Part shown: positions 38,392 through 48,395 of the stretch, piece after piece | How the letters are laid out: every line of letters begins with the position of its first letter | How positions within the stretch are numbered: position 1 is the stretch's first letter | Source: Ignavibacteriales bacterium | GTDB taxonomy: Bacteria > Bacteroidota > Ignavibacteria > UBA10030 > UBA6906 | Reading direction: 5' to 3' | Length of the DNA stretch: 64,000 bases | NCBI GenBank assembly: GCA_037441705.1 | Contig: JBBIRR010000010.1 | Coordinates: 1-64,000 of the forward strand | The notes under the pieces: model-generated | What the model was told of the DNA's origin: nothing | What the model saw: only the letters and a program-made list of their open reading frames with translations | Databases searched by the model: none | Position numbers and translations under genes: made by a program

Positions 38392-39510
38392 ATGGGCATC
38401 TTTGAACAACTCCAGAAACGCGAGCATGAACAGGTTGTCTTCTGCTCCGACATCCCGTCGGGTCTCAAGGCAATCATTGCCATTCACAATACCAATCTTG
38501 GTCCCGCGCTTGGCGGCACGCGCATGTGGACCTACGCAGCGGACGACGAGGCGTTGATCGACGTCCTGCGTCTCTCGCGCGGCATGACGTACAAGGCAGC
38601 CGTTGCCGGCCTGAATCTGGGCGGCGGCAAGGCCGTCATCATCGGTGATCCCAATAAGGACAAGACCGAGGCGATGTTTCGCGCCTTCGGTCGCTTTGTG
38701 GAGGGACTTGCGGGACGCTACATCACGGCCGAGGATGTGGGGACCGACGTGCGGGATATGGAATATGTGCGGATGGAAACGAAGTACGTGACGGGCATCG
38801 ACAAGGCGCTCGGCGGAAGCGGCGATCCTTCTCCGGTCACGGCCTTCGGCGTGTATGTGGGTATGAAGGCCAGCATGAAGGAATTGACCGGCAACGACTC
38901 GCTTGCCGGCAAGAAGGTTGCGGTGCAAGGGGCGGGGCATGTTGCGCAGTACGTGTGCGAGCATCTCGCCAAAGAAGGAGCCAAAATTGTTCTCTGCGAT
39001 ATTTTCCCCGACAAGGCCAGGCGTGTGGCGGAAAAAGTGAAGGCAGAGGTGGTCGATCCGCAGCGCATCTACGACGTGGATGCCGATGTGTTCTGCCCGT
39101 GTGCGCTGGGCGCCGTCGTGAACGATGAGACCATCCCGCGCTTCAAGTTCAAGATCATCGCCGGCGGTGCCAACAATCAGCTGGCCGATGAGCAGAAGCA
39201 CGGCCGCGTGTTGATGGAAAAGGGGATCCTCTACGCGCCGGATTATGCCATCAATGCCGGCGGCCTGATAAACGTGTCGAATGAGCTTGAGGGATATTCA
39301 CAAGAACGGGCGCTCAAGCAGGCGGAGGGAATCTACGACACGATGCTGAAGATTTACACCATCTCGAAACGGGAAAATGTCCCCACGTTGGAGGCCTCCA
39401 ATCGCCTTGCGGAACAGCGGATCAGCGCGATCGGACGCATCAAGTCGATCTATGCGGGGAAATCCCAGTTTGTAGGACGGCTGGGTGAGAACGATTTCGG
39501 CAAGCGGTGA
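38392..39510 (+). CDS. Leucine dehydrogenase (Glu/Leu/Phe/Val dehydrogenase family)
   Basis: GPALGGTRM, LSRGMTYK, GGGKAV, TAEDVGT, GSGDPS, GGANNQL, PDYAINAGG. Confidence 0.93.
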   Translation: MGIFEQLQKREHEQVVFCSDIPSGLKAIIAIHNTNLGPALGGTRMWTYAADDEALIDVLRLSRGMTYKAAVAGLNLGGGKAVIIGDPNKDKTEAMFRAFGRFVEGLAGRYITAEDVGTDVRDMEYVRMETKYVTGIDKALGGSGDPSPVTAFGVYVGMKASMKELTGNDSLAGKKVAVQGAGHVAQYVCEHLAKEGAKIVLCDIFPDKARRVAEKVKAEVVDPQRIYDVDADVFCPCALGAVVNDETIPRFKFKIIAGGANNQLADEQKHGRVLMEKGILYAPDYAINAGGLINVSNELEGYSQERALKQAEGIYDTMLKIYTISKRENVPTLEASNRLAEQRISAIGRIKSIYAGKSQFVGRLGENDFGKR

Positions 39511-39516
39511 GGGCAC

Positions 39517-40017
39517 ATGAAGGGCAGAAACATCCGTCGGCGGATCGTTCGCGAAAAAGTGATGCAGGCGTTGTACGCATACGAAATCGCGAAGGATCCG
39601 CCCGAGCATGTCATCAAACATATCCTTGCGGGTCTTGAGGACAACAAGGATGCGCATGCGTTTGCCCGGCAGCTCGTTCTTACGACGATCACGCACGCGC
39701 CCGAGCTGGATCGGATCATTCGATCGAAAGTGACGAACTGGGACTTTCGTCGCATCGCCGTGATTGACCGCCTGATCTTGCGTATGGGGATTTGCGAGCT
39801 GCTCTATTTCAAGGAGATTCCGCCGAAAGTATCCATGAATGAAGCGATTGAACTTGCCAAGTTGTTCAGCACCGAGAAAAGCGGACAGTTCGTCAACGGC
39901 ATTCTGGATGCAGTGTTAGAGGACGTGAAGAAAACAGGCGAGCTGACCAAAGCCGGACGAGGTTTATTTGAAGGCGCGGGGCCGCGCGCCAACAAAGCCA
40001 AATCGCCGAAGAGTTAG
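39517..40017 (+). CDS. nusB: Transcription antitermination factor NusB
   Basis: RRIVREKVMQALY, IDRLILR, NEAIELAK, FVNGILD. Confidence 0.96.
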   Translation: MKGRNIRRRIVREKVMQALYAYEIAKDPPEHVIKHILAGLEDNKDAHAFARQLVLTTITHAPELDRIIRSKVTNWDFRRIAVIDRLILRMGICELLYFKEIPPKVSMNEAIELAKLFSTEKSGQFVNGILDAVLEDVKKTGELTKAGRGLFEGAGPRANKAKSPKS

Positions 40018-40037
40018 TTTCTCCTTCCCTGACGTTC

Positions 40038-41396
40038 ATGCTACCGCACAGACTGCACTCCCTCCTTACGCGCGTGGGATTGCATCGCCCTGAGCTGCGG
40101 GCATGGGCGATGTACGACTGGGCGAATTCGGCGTACTACGTCGTCATCATCACCGCCATCTTTCCCATCTATTACCAAAAGGTTGCCTCGTCGGGCATTG
40201 AGAAAGAGCTTGCGACGCAGCGTTTTGGGTGGGCAACGACGCTTGCCCTTGCTCTCGTGGCGGTTCTGTCTCCTATTCTCGGCGCGTATGCGGACTATCG
40301 TGCTGCTCGCAAGCGCATGCTGGGCGGCTTCCTCGTCCTCGGTGTCGCGGCAACGGCATTCTTGTTTTTCATCCATGAAGGTGATTGGCTGCCGGCGCTG
40401 CTGCTGTTTGCGCTGGGGAACGTTGCCATCGCTACCAGCTTCGTCTTCTACGATTCACTCTTGCCGCACATCGCCAGCGAGTCCGAAATGGATCGTGTCT
40501 CGGCCGCAGGCTATGCGATTGGCTATCTCGGCGGCGGGCTGCTGATGCTGGTCAACGTGTTGTGGATCGTGATGCCGGAGACGTTCGGCATCGCCGACAG
40601 CGACGCAGCAATTCGACTTGCGTTTCTCAGCGTTGCCATCTGGTGGGGGGTGTTCTCGATTCCTCTCTTCCGGAGAGTGCCCGAGCCTCCTCGCATGATC
40701 GAAGCCGATGAGCGAGGCGCTGCAGGTCCGGTGCGCGTCACGTTCACGCGACTCGCCGAAACGTTCCGGGAACTTACCGGCTCGTACAAGCAAGTCGCCC
40801 TTTTGCTGCTTGCTATGTTCGTGTATAACGACGGCATCGGCACGGTGATTCGTATGGCGGGCATCTACGCTGAAACGCTCGGGCTTCCCATGCCCGATGT
40901 CATCACGGCCATTCTTCTCGTGCAGTTCGTCGGCATTCCGTTTTCGTTTCTCTTCGGAAGCCTGGCAGGACGAATCGGTACAAAGCGGGCAATTCTCCTG
41001 GGGCTCGCTGTCTATGCCGGTATCACCGTTGTGGCCTACAGGCTTGAGAGCGTCGGGGAGTTTTACCTGTTGGCCGTTCTCGTTGCCATGGTGCAGGGAG
41101 GCACGCAAGCGCTCAGCCGCTCGCTCTTTGCTTCCATGACTCCGAAGCACAAGACCTCGGAGTTCTTCGGCTTCTTCTCGGTCTTCGAAAAATTCTCGGG
41201 TATCCTCGGGCCTCTCCTTTTCAGCATCATGATTGCTCTGACAGGCTCGAGCCGCAATGCCATTCTTGCGGTCTCCGGCTTCTTCGTCATCGGCGGGTTG
41301 ATCCTTACTCTGGTCAGAGTGGAAGAGGGAAGGCGCCGAGCCTCGGAAGCGGACAGACTCCTGCTCGAGGGAGAAGTTCGGCAGAGTCAACCATAA
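40038..41396 (+). CDS. MFS transporter (UMF1/ATG22-like)
   Basis: AWAMYDWANS, FYDSLLP, YNDGI, GGTQALSRS; 12 TM. Confidence 0.9.
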   Translation: MLPHRLHSLLTRVGLHRPELRAWAMYDWANSAYYVVIITAIFPIYYQKVASSGIEKELATQRFGWATTLALALVAVLSPILGAYADYRAARKRMLGGFLVLGVAATAFLFFIHEGDWLPALLLFALGNVAIATSFVFYDSLLPHIASESEMDRVSAAGYAIGYLGGGLLMLVNVLWIVMPETFGIADSDAAIRLAFLSVAIWWGVFSIPLFRRVPEPPRMIEADERGAAGPVRVTFTRLAETFRELTGSYKQVALLLLAMFVYNDGIGTVIRMAGIYAETLGLPMPDVITAILLVQFVGIPFSFLFGSLAGRIGTKRAILLGLAVYAGITVVAYRLESVGEFYLLAVLVAMVQGGTQALSRSLFASMTPKHKTSEFFGFFSVFEKFSGILGPLLFSIMIALTGSSRNAILAVSGFFVIGGLILTLVRVEEGRRRASEADRLLLEGEVRQSQP

Positions 41397-41527
41397 CCCG
41401 GACGACGCTTCCTGTTTACTTTTCAGCGCCACTTCCGTACCTTGAGTGAGAAGAAAGTTGTAGAGAAAGCCCATCGAGCGTTTTCTTGCCACACAACCAA
41501 CAGCAGAGCGGTTCATTCACCTCCCGT

Positions 41528-42250
41528 ATGGCGGCGTATTTCATTTCTGATGTTCATTTAGGATTGGGCGTGAAGGAACATGAGAAGGAAAAGGAGAACC
41601 GCCTGCTTGCATTCTTGCGTGGAATTTTTCCTACAGCCGAGATGTTGTTCATCGTTGGCGATCTGTTCGATTTCTGGTTTGAATACAAGACGGTCATTCC
41701 CAAAGGATTTCATCGCACGCTTGCGATGCTGCAGGAATTTACCGATGCAGGCAAGCCGATTCACTATGTCGCGGGCAACCACGACTTCTGGATGAACAAT
41801 TATTTTGCCGACGAGCTGGGCATGACGCTGCATTTCGAGCCGTTCGACATCACCGTTCAGGGGAAACGCATTTTCCTCCATCACGGCGATGGGCTGGCAC
41901 AGCATGATCTCGGCTATCGGCTGATCAAGCCGATCCTGCGCAACAAGCTGAACATCTGGCTTTACCGCTGGCTCCATCCCGACATCGGCGTACGCCTGGC
42001 GCGGAGGTCGTCCCGCACAAGTCGTGAATACACCTCGACCAAGAATTACGGTGAGGAAGAGGGAATGGTGCGTGAAGCCGAGAAGAAAATTCGCGAGGGG
42101 TTCGACATTGTTATCATGGGGCACCGGCACAAGCCCAGCGTTGTTCCCATTGACCATGGAGTCTACATCAATCTTGGGGATTGGATTGCCCATCAGACGT
42201 ATGCGGAGCTTTCTCATGGAACGATCGCCCTGAAAACCTGGGAACCATGA
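41528..42250 (+). CDS. lpxH: UDP-2,3-diacylglucosamine diphosphatase
   Basis: ISDVHLG, GDLFDFW, GNHD, HHGD, MGHRH, NLGDW. Confidence 0.88.
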   Translation: MAAYFISDVHLGLGVKEHEKEKENRLLAFLRGIFPTAEMLFIVGDLFDFWFEYKTVIPKGFHRTLAMLQEFTDAGKPIHYVAGNHDFWMNNYFADELGMTLHFEPFDITVQGKRIFLHHGDGLAQHDLGYRLIKPILRNKLNIWLYRWLHPDIGVRLARRSSRTSREYTSTKNYGEEEGMVREAEKKIREGFDIVIMGHRHKPSVVPIDHGVYINLGDWIAHQTYAELSHGTIALKTWEP

Positions 42251-42266
42251 AGGACAACGGAAGAGT

Positions 42267-44552
42267 ATGGCAGGCTATAAAGACGAAGACCTTGAGCGCT
42301 TCTTCAACGATCCCGACTTCAGGAGGCGACAGCTGAAACGTCAGCGCATCAAGATGACGCTGCGGCAGATGCTGGTGGTATGCGCCGTGGCGCTTGTAGG
42401 TGTGGGGGCGTTCGGCTACTATCTCGCCTCCGGCCTTCCTTCGCTGGACAAAATCGAGAATCCGAAGCCGGAACTTGCGACCAAAGTGTTCTCCAGCGAT
42501 GGCGAGGTCCTCGATCATTTCTACATCAAGAATCGGTCGCAAGTCTCCCTTCAGGAGATCCCGCAACCGATCGTCGATGCGCTGATTGCCACCGAGGACA
42601 AGGATTTCTACAATCATTGGGGCGTGGATCTGATCCGGTTCGCCAAGGCGATGGTGAAGAACCTCTTTTCGCTTCGCCTGAAGGAGGGGGCCAGCACCAT
42701 CACGCAGCAACTTGCCCGCAATCTCTATCTGGGTAAGAGTGATCGTAACGCGTTCGACAAGGCCGTACGGAAAATGCGGGAGTTCATCACCTCGGTGCAG
42801 CTCGAGCGGCGATTCACCAAGGCCGAAATCCTCGAGTTCTATTTCAACGTCGTCTACTTTGGACGAGGTGCATACGGCATCTCGTCGGCGTCGCAGGTGT
42901 ACTTCGGGAAAGCCCCGGCCGAACTTTCTCTCGCTCAGATTGCAACACTGATTGCCGTGCTTAAGGGACCGAACTATTATGACCCGATCAGTCATCCCGA
43001 GCGGGCCATTGCGCGCCGCAACGTCGTCCTCTCGCAGATGGAGAAGTATGGGTTCATCACGCCGGAACAGGAAACACAGGCGCGGGAAGAAAAGCTCGAC
43101 ATCAAATCGGAAGAAGAAATCCTCACGCCCGGCATTGCCCCACATTTCGTGGAGTACGTTCGCCAGCAGATGATGCAGAAGGCGGAGAAGTACGGCTTCG
43201 ACATGTACCGCGATGGCTTGAGCGTGTACACGACGTTGAATGCACGCATGCAGCGCTACGCAAACCAGGCCGTCGAAGAACACCTGACACAGTACCAGAA
43301 GATGTTCGACAAGATGTGGGACTGGAAGAAACACAAGGACGTCCTGCAGAACGTGATTGATCTTGCTGTCGTCACATCACCGGAGTACCGACGTGCCAGA
43401 ACGAGCGAGGAACGCGACAGCATATCGCGAGCGCTGCGCGCCGACCAGGCCTGGGTTGATTCGATGGCGCGGCTGGCAAAACGCATTGAAGTCGGCTTTG
43501 TGGCAATCAATCCGTCGGACGGCAACATCCTTGCGATGGTCGGCGGCTCCAACTTCAGGCACTTCAAATACGGGCTGAACCATGTCACGCAAATCAAGCG
43601 GCAGGCAGGGTCGGCCTTCAAGCCGTTCGTCTATACCGTTGCTATCGACAACGGCTACCCGCCGACATTCGAACTCCTGAATCAGCCCGTCACACTCATC
43701 ATGCCCGACGGCAAACGCTGGACGCCGGAGAATGACAACAAGGAATTCGGCGGCAAGATGACGATCCGCGAAGGGTTGAAGAAGTCCGTCAACCTTATCG
43801 CGGTTCGCGCCATCATGGAAATTGCCCCCAAAACACAGGTCGTCCAATACGCGAGACGCATGGGAATTACGTCGAAACTTCCGCCGTACGAATCGCTGGC
43901 GTTGGGGGCTGCGGAAATCTCGCCGTTAGAGATGACCACTGCCTTCGGCGTGTTTGCCAATCGTGGCGTGCTGGTGGAACCGATCTCGATCTTGCGCATT
44001 GAAGACAAGAACGGCAACGTGATCGAGGAGAACACGGCGGCCAAACGCGAAGTCTTGAGCGACGAAACAGCCTTTATCATGACGTCCATGCTTCAGGACG
44101 TGGTAGATGAAGGGACGGCTCTGCGGGTGCGCAACTTCTTTCATCTCCCTGCCGCAGGAAAGACCGGAACCACGAACGATTATGCCGACGCATGGTTTCT
44201 CGGCTTCACGCCGCATATTGTCGCAGGGGTGTGGGTGGGATTTGATAACAAAACTGTTCGCTTCACCAACGCCGACGGTCAGGGAGGGCGAGCGGCAGCA
44301 CCGATCTGGGGAAGGTTCATGAAATACGTCTATGCCGACAAGAGCATCGGCTTGCCGCTGGAGTATTTCACGCGCCCGCCCGGAGTGTTGGAGGATTCGA
44401 TCTGCGTGGTCACAAAGCAACTTGCGCGTGAGTTCTGCCCCGAGAAGGCAGTGGAGTATTTCACCGAACGAATGCGACCCGACAGCTGCTCGGTGCATAC
44501 CAGCGCGCATTGGAAGGACTTCGAAGAACCATCGGGGACAATCCGCTACTGA
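42267..44552 (+). CDS. mrcA: Penicillin-binding protein 1A (transglycosylase/transpeptidase)
   Basis: TED..FYNHWG, GASTITQQLARN, SAFK, SVN, KTGT. Confidence 0.94.
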   Translation: MAGYKDEDLERFFNDPDFRRRQLKRQRIKMTLRQMLVVCAVALVGVGAFGYYLASGLPSLDKIENPKPELATKVFSSDGEVLDHFYIKNRSQVSLQEIPQPIVDALIATEDKDFYNHWGVDLIRFAKAMVKNLFSLRLKEGASTITQQLARNLYLGKSDRNAFDKAVRKMREFITSVQLERRFTKAEILEFYFNVVYFGRGAYGISSASQVYFGKAPAELSLAQIATLIAVLKGPNYYDPISHPERAIARRNVVLSQMEKYGFITPEQETQAREEKLDIKSEEEILTPGIAPHFVEYVRQQMMQKAEKYGFDMYRDGLSVYTTLNARMQRYANQAVEEHLTQYQKMFDKMWDWKKHKDVLQNVIDLAVVTSPEYRRARTSEERDSISRALRADQAWVDSMARLAKRIEVGFVAINPSDGNILAMVGGSNFRHFKYGLNHVTQIKRQAGSAFKPFVYTVAIDNGYPPTFELLNQPVTLIMPDGKRWTPENDNKEFGGKMTIREGLKKSVNLIAVRAIMEIAPKTQVVQYARRMGITSKLPPYESLALGAAEISPLEMTTAFGVFANRGVLVEPISILRIEDKNGNVIEENTAAKREVLSDETAFIMTSMLQDVVDEGTALRVRNFFHLPAAGKTGTTNDYADAWFLGFTPHIVAGVWVGFDNKTVRFTNADGQGGRAAAPIWGRFMKYVYADKSIGLPLEYFTRPPGVLEDSICVVTKQLAREFCPEKAVEYFTERMRPDSCSVHTSAHWKDFEEPSGTIRY

Positions 44553-44565
44553 AGGACCAGAAACA

Positions 44566-44594
44566 CAGAAGCCTGCCACTGAGGCAGGCTTCTG
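44566..44594. terminator. Hairpin between convergent genes
   Basis: CAGAAGCCTGCC-ACTGA-GGCAGGCTTCTG perfect stem. Confidence 0.65.
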
Positions 44595-44624
44595 CATCAC
44601 CATCGCTGCAACCCGATCCCACCG

Positions 44625-44765
44625 TCAATCTGCCCTCAACTCGCGTTCGAAAATATCATCCGTATCATCGGCGGCGAGAGGCGCACGAACTTTCCTGCGT
44701 TTTTCGATCAGCAGCAGAGGAACCGAGGCAAGCGCCAGAAGAGCAAAGTACTTCAAGAACCTCAT
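44625..44765 (-). CDS. Small (46 aa) single-TM protein
   Basis: MRFLKYFALLALASVPLLLIEKRRK...DDTDDIFERELRAD; AGGTGG RBS. Confidence 0.6.
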   Translation of the reverse strand: MRFLKYFALLALASVPLLLIEKRRKVRAPLAADDTDDIFERELRAD

Positions 44766-44922
44766 TTCATCCCACCTGTTGTTTGATGTGATTGTCTGAT
44801 GCACGGACAACATACAATGGAACGGTCCGCAGTGCCGTGACATTCAACACACGGCATATTCCCTCCTATCGCCAACCAAGCCTGTCCGGTTCCGGGGTGT
44901 CCTATTAAGGCTTGGATGCGTA

Positions 44923-47253
44923 CTATTGGGTAATCTTCCGGACGAATTCCTGATCGCTGCGGAGGGCGAGCAGGTCAAGATCAAGAATCTGCTGCAAGGA
45001 AAACCGCCGGTAGATTGCCTTTGCCAGGAGGGCATAGGCTTCCGGCGATTGCCCGCCCTGGAGTGCAGCGACACGAGCCGCATAATAGAGTGTTTCGTAA
45101 TTGTCTGGCGCAAGCGCCAGCGCACGTGAACGCGCCTGAGTCCCCTCCTTGAAGTTTCCCAAGCGCGTTTCGATAAGGGACAGGTAGGAGTAGAGCTGCG
45201 CATCGTGCGGCCGGACTTTGAGCTGCTGCAGCACGAGTTTTCTGGCATGCCCAAGCACCTCGTCCCACATCCGCTTTGATTTGCCCGCAAGCTGATACAT
45301 CCTGCCGAGATCGTACAGCGCGGCGATTGTGTCCGGTTCGATCGTGAGGTTCTGCTTCACGACGTCCAAAGCCTGCTCACGCCGATCGTTGGCAACCAGT
45401 GCCGCCACATAGGTATCACTGCGATGGCGCTCATGCGCGGGCCTCAGCGAAGCTTCCGTCTGAAGCGCCTGCAGCGCTGTTTGTGCGTTGCCGAGCAGCA
45501 GACTGAGGTTGCCCAGCAGAGCGTGGGAGAGAGGGTTGTGGGGATCGTACTGGACGGCGCGACGGGCGGCGTCGACGGCCTGCTCGGTTTTGCCCACGCG
45601 CAGCAGGGCGAGCGCAAGACGTCGCTGTGCCTCTGCGTCGCTGGGAGCGACTTCTACTGCCCGGCTGAGTCTCTCAATCGCCTCGTGGTATCGTGCGCTG
45701 TAATAGTCAATCATGCCCCAGAGTGTGTACACGCCGGAGCCCTTCGCGCCCAAACCCATCCCGCGCTGAAGGCTCGCATATGCTTGTTGCAGAAGCGCGT
45801 GGGAAGTATCACGCCCGGTTTCGTACAGCAGAACGCGCGTTTGCCCCCAGAGGATTTGTGCATCGGCAAAGAGCGAGTCCTGCCCTATGATGCGCTGCAG
45901 CACCTGTGTTGCCGAATCAAGTCCACCCGGCTCCGGGTGATGCATCAGCGAGCGGGCGACAAGATAGGCCTCGTACGTCCCGTCCAACGGAAGAGACATT
46001 GCCCAGCGCGTTTGTGATTCGTCGCTGGGTATCCCCATGGCCCGAATCAACGTCGGAATCGCATCGTTGTGGATGAGCGCAAGTTTGCTTCTCTGCATCG
46101 GATAGGTTGTGCCTGCGACGACGCGCCCTTCGGACAGTTTTCGCAGCACCATTCGAACATATGTTGAATTCTCTCTTGCAACAGTGCTTAGCGTAAGGAC
46201 AAACGACGCGCCGACCTCGCGAGCCAGACGCGTCCCATCTCCGTCGCTTGCGTGACGGCGCAGGCCCGTCTCCGTTGCAAACACTTCGATGTCGCGGAAC
46301 TGAGCGAGCCGTGCGGTAAGGTCGTCAGCTAATCCCATCGTGAGATCATCGGGTGCGGTTCCCCCGTCGGCGTGAGCGACCGGAACAATGAGCAGCGATA
46401 CGTGTTCGCGAAAGACGGTAGTACGAAGTTGATGATAGATCACTGAGGCCGTCTGCACGCCGAGAAACACAAGCACGCCGGCAAGCACCACGCTCCACCT
46501 ATGTCTCATGAGAACGTTCACCACCTTGCGGACAGCCGGCGTAGGAACATGAACTGCAGTGTGCGCCTCAGTGGGCGGCGATGGGGGTGGCAGAGGCTCC
46601 GGCAGTTCAGCAGGAGGTGTGTCGATTGCCACGGAGGGCTGCACGGATGGGGCGGGTTGTTGCTCTTGTTCGAGCCGACGCTTCTTCTCTTCGGCTTCAA
46701 GCCGCTCGGCAAGCTCTTTCGCTTTACGGATATTGCCTTGAAGCTCAAGGGCGGCAGCGTTTTCAGGATCAAGCGTCAGCAGCGTTGCGATGTTCTGCAA
46801 CGCGATGTCATACAGCTCACGCTGGTAGGCTTCGTTCGCTGCGTTGAGCAGGTCGGCAATTTGCGATCGCTCTTCGGTAGGCGGCGCAGCGGGCGAGTCC
46901 TTCGGTGCGTTTGCTTCCCGCCGCCGGGTAATCTCTGCACCGATTTGATCGACGATGGGATCATCGGGCAGCAGCGCAATCAGTTCATTGTGCAGGGCGG
47001 TTGCGCGCTCCAGATCGTTGTCCACCAGAGCCTGTGCCAGCTCGTCACGCAGATCGGTGACCTCCGAATCGTGGAGAAGGTCCAAACCCGACGGCGCCGG
47101 GTCGGCCGACGGCACCGACGCGGTGGGAGACTCGAGGGCCAGCTTCAACTCTTCCGCCTCAATACGAGCAAGCTCGGCTTCTTCAGCCCGCTTACGAATT
47201 TCATCCAGAAGCTGCTGTCGCGCGGGTTCGCCAGCTTTCGCATCAGTCAACAT
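44923..47253 (-). CDS. Membrane-anchored TPR protein with TolB-like domain
   Basis: Coiled-coil/TPR N-terminus, Pro-rich linker, TM, LLIVP..GLADDL segment, C-terminal TPRs. Confidence 0.8.
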   Translation of the reverse strand: MLTDAKAGEPARQQLLDEIRKRAEEAELARIEAEELKLALESPTASVPSADPAPSGLDLLHDSEVTDLRDELAQALVDNDLERATALHNELIALLPDDPIVDQIGAEITRRREANAPKDSPAAPPTEERSQIADLLNAANEAYQRELYDIALQNIATLLTLDPENAAALELQGNIRKAKELAERLEAEEKKRRLEQEQQPAPSVQPSVAIDTPPAELPEPLPPPSPPTEAHTAVHVPTPAVRKVVNVLMRHRWSVVLAGVLVFLGVQTASVIYHQLRTTVFREHVSLLIVPVAHADGGTAPDDLTMGLADDLTARLAQFRDIEVFATETGLRRHASDGDGTRLAREVGASFVLTLSTVARENSTYVRMVLRKLSEGRVVAGTTYPMQRSKLALIHNDAIPTLIRAMGIPSDESQTRWAMSLPLDGTYEAYLVARSLMHHPEPGGLDSATQVLQRIIGQDSLFADAQILWGQTRVLLYETGRDTSHALLQQAYASLQRGMGLGAKGSGVYTLWGMIDYYSARYHEAIERLSRAVEVAPSDAEAQRRLALALLRVGKTEQAVDAARRAVQYDPHNPLSHALLGNLSLLLGNAQTALQALQTEASLRPAHERHRSDTYVAALVANDRREQALDVVKQNLTIEPDTIAALYDLGRMYQLAGKSKRMWDEVLGHARKLVLQQLKVRPHDAQLYSYLSLIETRLGNFKEGTQARSRALALAPDNYETLYYAARVAALQGGQSPEAYALLAKAIYRRFSLQQILDLDLLALRSDQEFVRKITQ

Positions 47254-47378
47254 AATTCCTCACCGGTACCTTACACTGCCCGAACATTGTGGGTTCTAAC
47301 GCCTCCAGAAAAATAGGTGCAAGCACTCTGCCAACGTCGTGCTATCCTCCATATTGTATATCGGCAGAGAGGGGACAG

Positions 47379-47903
47379 TTATTGAGACTGCGCTTCGGCG
47401 AGAATGGCGAGAAGATCGTCTTCGAGCGAGGTACGCGGCGCTTCAACGATCCGCCCGATTTCTTTTCCGTTCTTGAACAAGATGAAGGTGGGAACAAACT
47501 CTATGTGGTACTGATCGGTTACGCCATCGTTACTTTTCTTGGTGCGATCAACGCCATAGAACTTTATTCGTGATGGGGGAATGGAAGCAAGATCGGCGAT
47601 CTTGAGAAACCTCGGGACATGCCGCTTGCTATCGCTGCACCATGTGCCGAGAACGACCACGATGTCAATATCCGCATGGAGCTGACGTATCATCTCGACA
47701 ACGTCTGCTTCAATCTGCGTCGAATCGTACACCTGCTGAAAGCGCGGATAGGCCGATGTCATGAAATCGTTCCGCTGAATCCAGCCGAGCGCCATTTCTT
47801 CGGCGGACTGTGTCTGTTTGCTCGAGCCGCATCCCGACCCTGCGATGAGAAGAAATGCTGCGATGCAGAGAGATACACGAATCATCGGTTGCGCACTCCT
47901 CAT
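47379..47903 (-). CDS. Thioredoxin-fold lipoprotein
   Basis: Lipobox GSGC; GTWCSDS, VPTFILFKNGKEIGRI. Confidence 0.85.
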   Translation of the reverse strand: MRSAQPMIRVSLCIAAFLLIAGSGCGSSKQTQSAEEMALGWIQRNDFMTSAYPRFQQVYDSTQIEADVVEMIRQLHADIDIVVVLGTWCSDSKRHVPRFLKIADLASIPPSRIKFYGVDRTKKSNDGVTDQYHIEFVPTFILFKNGKEIGRIVEAPRTSLEDDLLAILAEAQSQ

Positions 47904-47981
47904 ATTTTCTTTCTGACCCGAATCAGCTATATTGGTTGCACCTCAAGGTAGTAACGCTGCGCATCAAACACAACGACCATC

Positions 47982-48392
47982 ATGCCCAAGCCGCTGGACA
48001 AACGATACGATGTGGAAGATGTCTCCCACGTCGATCGGGCCGTATTAGAGACCTTCCCGTACGAGTATCCGGGCAAAGATACCGTGATCAACATCAGCAC
48101 GGATGAGTTCACCGCAGTGTGTCCGTGGTCGGGATTGCCGGATTTCGGGACGGTCCGCATCGAGTACATTCCGAACAAGCTTGTTATCGAGCTTCGGTCG
48201 TTGAAGTACTATCTGCTGTCGTATCGGCAGGTCGGGATTTATCAGGAGCATGCGGTCAATCGGATTCTTGAGGATCTTGTTCGGTGTGCGAAGCCGAGGT
48301 GGATGAAGGTCGAGCTTGACTACAAAGTCCGCGGCGGGATTCACACGGTGGCGAGCCGCGAATTTCACGGGAAGGGCCGCCGCAGGCCGTAG
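47982..48392 (+). CDS. queF: NADPH-dependent preQ0 reductase (type 1)
   Basis: EFTAVCPWSGLPDFG, ELRSLKYYL, YQE, RGGI. Confidence 0.95.
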   Translation: MPKPLDKRYDVEDVSHVDRAVLETFPYEYPGKDTVINISTDEFTAVCPWSGLPDFGTVRIEYIPNKLVIELRSLKYYLLSYRQVGIYQEHAVNRILEDLVRCAKPRWMKVELDYKVRGGIHTVASREFHGKGRRRP

Positions 48393-48395
48393 GAT

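Noticed and set aside
38149-39201. Long antisense ORFs (e.g. 38149..39201, 21863..22900, 42168..43334, 13402..14478)
   Set aside because: Shadows of well-supported genes on the opposite strand in GC-rich DNA, with no recognisable motifs
47904-47981. preQ1 riboswitch upstream of queF
   Set aside because: No preQ1 stem-loop with A-rich tail is visible in the 78-bp divergent gap
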